Shown: positions 29,722 through 32,000 of the stretch, piece after piece | Layout: each line of letters begins with the position of its first letter | Position numbering within the stretch: position 1 is the first letter of the stretch | Source: Nitrosospira multiformis ATCC 25196 | GTDB lineage: Bacteria; Pseudomonadota; Gammaproteobacteria; Burkholderiales; Nitrosomonadaceae | Reading direction: 5' to 3' | Assembly (NCBI RefSeq): GCF_000196355.1 | Contig: NC_007614.1 | Coordinates: 570,001-602,000 of the forward strand | Length of the DNA: 32,000 nucleotides | Made by a program: the position numbers and the translations under genes | Notes under the pieces: generated by a model | Database searches by the model: none | Told to the model about the DNA's origin: nothing | What the model saw: only the letters and a program-made list of their open reading frames with translations

Positions 29722-32000
29722 TCACATCGTTTTCAGGAATTCGATCAATGCGCGTTTGTCGCTATCTCCGAGTCCCGGCCGTCCTTCGTCTCCCGGCAGA
29801 TAATCGGTCCCAAAGTAGTGACCCCGGTTGACCACGAAGTCCGGGCATTTGCTTACGCCGAGCAGGGGATCGACCAGATTGGAATAGACCTTGCGTAATT
29901 CCGCATCCGTGATCCGATCGGGCGTTACCTTGGCGGCGATCAAATCTCCCAGATGACCTTTGAGTGTCTTCAGCAGCGTCTTGACTTCGCCGCCTCTTTT
30001 TTCGAGGTCCAGGTTGGACAGAAGGCTGACGGGTGTGCCCTCCGGTATGGGGCCCAGATTCAACACGCCGTCATGAATCGGCAACCTCACATACCAGGGC
30101 AGATAACCCTCCGGTATCAGCAGCCAGCTTCTCGCCCAGGTTCGATCGATAATGCCTGGCACTTCCTTGCCCGAGCGGGTGACATATGTGCGGTTTTCGC
30201 AGCTTGTTCGTTCCTGATCTCCATAATTCTTTTCCGCATAGTAACTCCCCCCGTACAGGTCTTCCTGGTCGCAGTAGCGTTTTTCCGGCCAGAGCAATTG
30301 CTCTATCCCGCTATAAAAGGATTTCATCCTGTCCTCAACGGTGCCTGAGGGATAGAATTTGCCCAAGGTGTTATTCAACAGAAAGGGCGCCGAGGACCAG
30401 AGGCTCGCAAGCGAAGGCGGCCGGATATACCCGCGACCGCCATCTGGCATGGGATAGGAGCGGGGCTCCCGTGTCACGGGATGGTGAACCAGCGCACTTC
30501 CGACCGAGGGTAGTTCTTTGTACGAGGTGGAAGAGAAATTATCCCAGGTATCCCCCTTGAGCGCGTTGGTTGCAAGGGAAGCGCAAATATTCGTTTCAAG
30601 GAGGGTGACAGGAACGCGCAACTCGGTAGAAAGATAATTGTCAGCAAGAAAATCCTCCTTCAGTACGATCTCTTTCATCTCCTGCCTGAACTCGTCGGTC
30701 TTTGTCCAGTTCCAGTACTGGTTCCAGCAACTCAGGTAATCAGGCCCGACGCAACCGTTATTGGGGAAGAATTTTACCGCTTTCTCCGGCAGCTTGCTCG
30801 AGTGGCAGCCGGCGCAGTTCTCCGCAAATACTTCCTTGCCGCGTTTCAGGGTGGCCGCATCAGCGGTCAAATGATGCCGGCCTCCCGGCGCTTCCGCCAG
30901 ATAATCCGGCCGGCTGGCTGCGAGGAAAAACAGCGATGTATCCAGGGTCTGGTTTTCCGTTGCCCGCCAATAGCTGGAATTCTTGTTGGCAGTGGCGATC
31001 GGGAATGGCGTGAATGGCTTGCCCCCGATGAGTGGATTGATATGCTGAAGCCATTCTTCGCTGAAGAGTCCGATATTTACGAAAACGCGGTTAAAGGCGC
31101 CGAGCGCGCCCACGGAATCAGCCCCATCCTTGAGCACCCGTGGGGTGAACACCGTACCCGATTTTTCGAAGAACCTTCTCAGCGGACTTTCGGAAGATAT
31201 TTCCCGATAATCATTAAACTGCTTATTGTTCAGCTCATCACCCGTCAGCTGCTCCTTGCCCGAGCGCAATGCATTTTTCATTCGCGCACCCAGGTTATAT
31301 ACCCCATTCATGCTGCGCGGATTATTCATGTAGTCCGTTGAAATGAGGGAAGTATCCAGGGCACCGGGGCGATTGGTGCTGAGGAACTGATAGGCGAAGC
31401 TGTTCTTGTCGGCTTCGTAGGCGAATATCCGGTCGAACCAGAAATATTGCGCCCCGGGATTGGAATTAAGGTTGGCCCACTGCGGGTTCTCCGGATCCTT
31501 CGGCGGATTGGAAGGGTTCGGGCCCACATGACAGAATCCGCACGACATCCCCACCCGGTAGGGCTTCACCAGATTTGCATCGTTGTAGTAGGACGGATCG
31601 GTATAATACCTTTCCGGGTCCCAGCGCTTTTTTGCGGCCTCATCGAAATCGGGATTGGGGAACAACCGCAGTCCTACAATCCCGCTCGCATATCCGTAGT
31701 AGGACCCGATCGGCACTGTCTTCCCCCGCGACCCGATCTTTACGCCAGGGTATTTCTCTTCATTCTCGAACGGGTCGCTTGCGCAATTCGGATCGCGCAC
31801 GTCGAGATACAGGCCGAAGCGGTCGGGGCGTCCCAATGGATTGCCCTGTGCATCCACGTTTTTCCTGAAGCACGGTTCATTGACAAGACCGAACCAGTAC
31901 CATCGGTTATCCCGGCTATATCCGGGATTTTTCATGAGGTGCGGATGATTTGAAAGCACCTTCAGGAGATCGAAGCTGCCCTGGCTGTTGATATTGAGAT
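29722..32000 (-). CDS. Large di-heme c-type cytochrome (peroxidase/RoxA-like superfamily possible), N-terminus beyond window edge
   Basis: ORF track starts at a GTG (31959), but the frame stays open to the window edge (LNINSQGSFDLLKV-LSNHPHLM...). Two heme motifs CGFCH and CAGCH about 240 residues apart; C-terminus CPDFVVNRGHYFGTDYLPGDEGRPGLGDSDKRALIEFLKTM. Confidence 0.85.
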   Translation of the reverse strand, partial: LNINSQGSFDLLKVLSNHPHLMKNPGYSRDNRWYWFGLVNEPCFRKNVDAQGNPLGRPDRFGLYLDVRDPNCASDPFENEEKYPGVKIGSRGKTVPIGSYYGYASGIVGLRLFPNPDFDEAAKKRWDPERYYTDPSYYNDANLVKPYRVGMSCGFCHVGPNPSNPPKDPENPQWANLNSNPGAQYFWFDRIFAYEADKNSFAYQFLSTNRPGALDTSLISTDYMNNPRSMNGVYNLGARMKNALRSGKEQLTGDELNNKQFNDYREISSESPLRRFFEKSGTVFTPRVLKDGADSVGALGAFNRVFVNIGLFSEEWLQHINPLIGGKPFTPFPIATANKNSSYWRATENQTLDTSLFFLAASRPDYLAEAPGGRHHLTADAATLKRGKEVFAENCAGCHSSKLPEKAVKFFPNNGCVGPDYLSCWNQYWNWTKTDEFRQEMKEIVLKEDFLADNYLSTELRVPVTLLETNICASLATNALKGDTWDNFSSTSYKELPSVGSALVHHPVTREPRSYPMPDGGRGYIRPPSLASLWSSAPFLLNNTLGKFYPSGTVEDRMKSFYSGIEQLLWPEKRYCDQEDLYGGSYYAEKNYGDQERTSCENRTYVTRSGKEVPGIIDRTWARSWLLIPEGYLPWYVRLPIHDGVLNLGPIPEGTPVSLLSNLDLEKRGGEVKTLLKTLKGHLGDLIAAKVTPDRITDAELRKVYSNLVDPLLGVSKCPDFVVNRGHYFGTDYLPGDEGRPGLGDSDKRALIEFLKTM

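Overview
Ordinary-looking chromosomal window, GC-rich and betaproteobacterial in character. The gene set (Rh-type ammonia channel, oscA/sulfate operon, leuS-lptE-holA-proA, rsmA-pdxA-surA-lptD) suggests a Nitrosospira/Nitrosomonas-like ammonia oxidiser; this taxon call is inference only. From left to right: a minus-strand sulfur-acquisition operon (oscA, alginate-export-type porin, sbp, an EAL-domain protein with eroded catalytic motifs, cysT, cysW partial); plus-strand ttcA, a DegP/DegQ-type protease, leuS, lptE, holA, proA and a lipoyl-domain-bearing dihydrolipoamide dehydrogenase; a minus-strand Rh50-type channel, a lytic transglycosylase, rsmA, pdxA, surA and lptD; plus-strand mpl with a TTG start; a DUF3617 protein; and a less familiar minus-strand pair at the right end (GMC-type flavoprotein with a Tat-like signal, plus a large di-heme cytochrome c that runs off the edge). 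I found no convincing CRISPR array, tRNA/rRNA, intact mobile element or defence system. The items most worth a second look are the flavoprotein/di-heme cytochrome pair with a nearby possible gene remnant, the degenerate EAL protein embedded between sbp and cysT, the LptD N-terminal extension with repeated 'RI/LxGHxEE' motifs, and several precise inverted repeats in intergenic regions.
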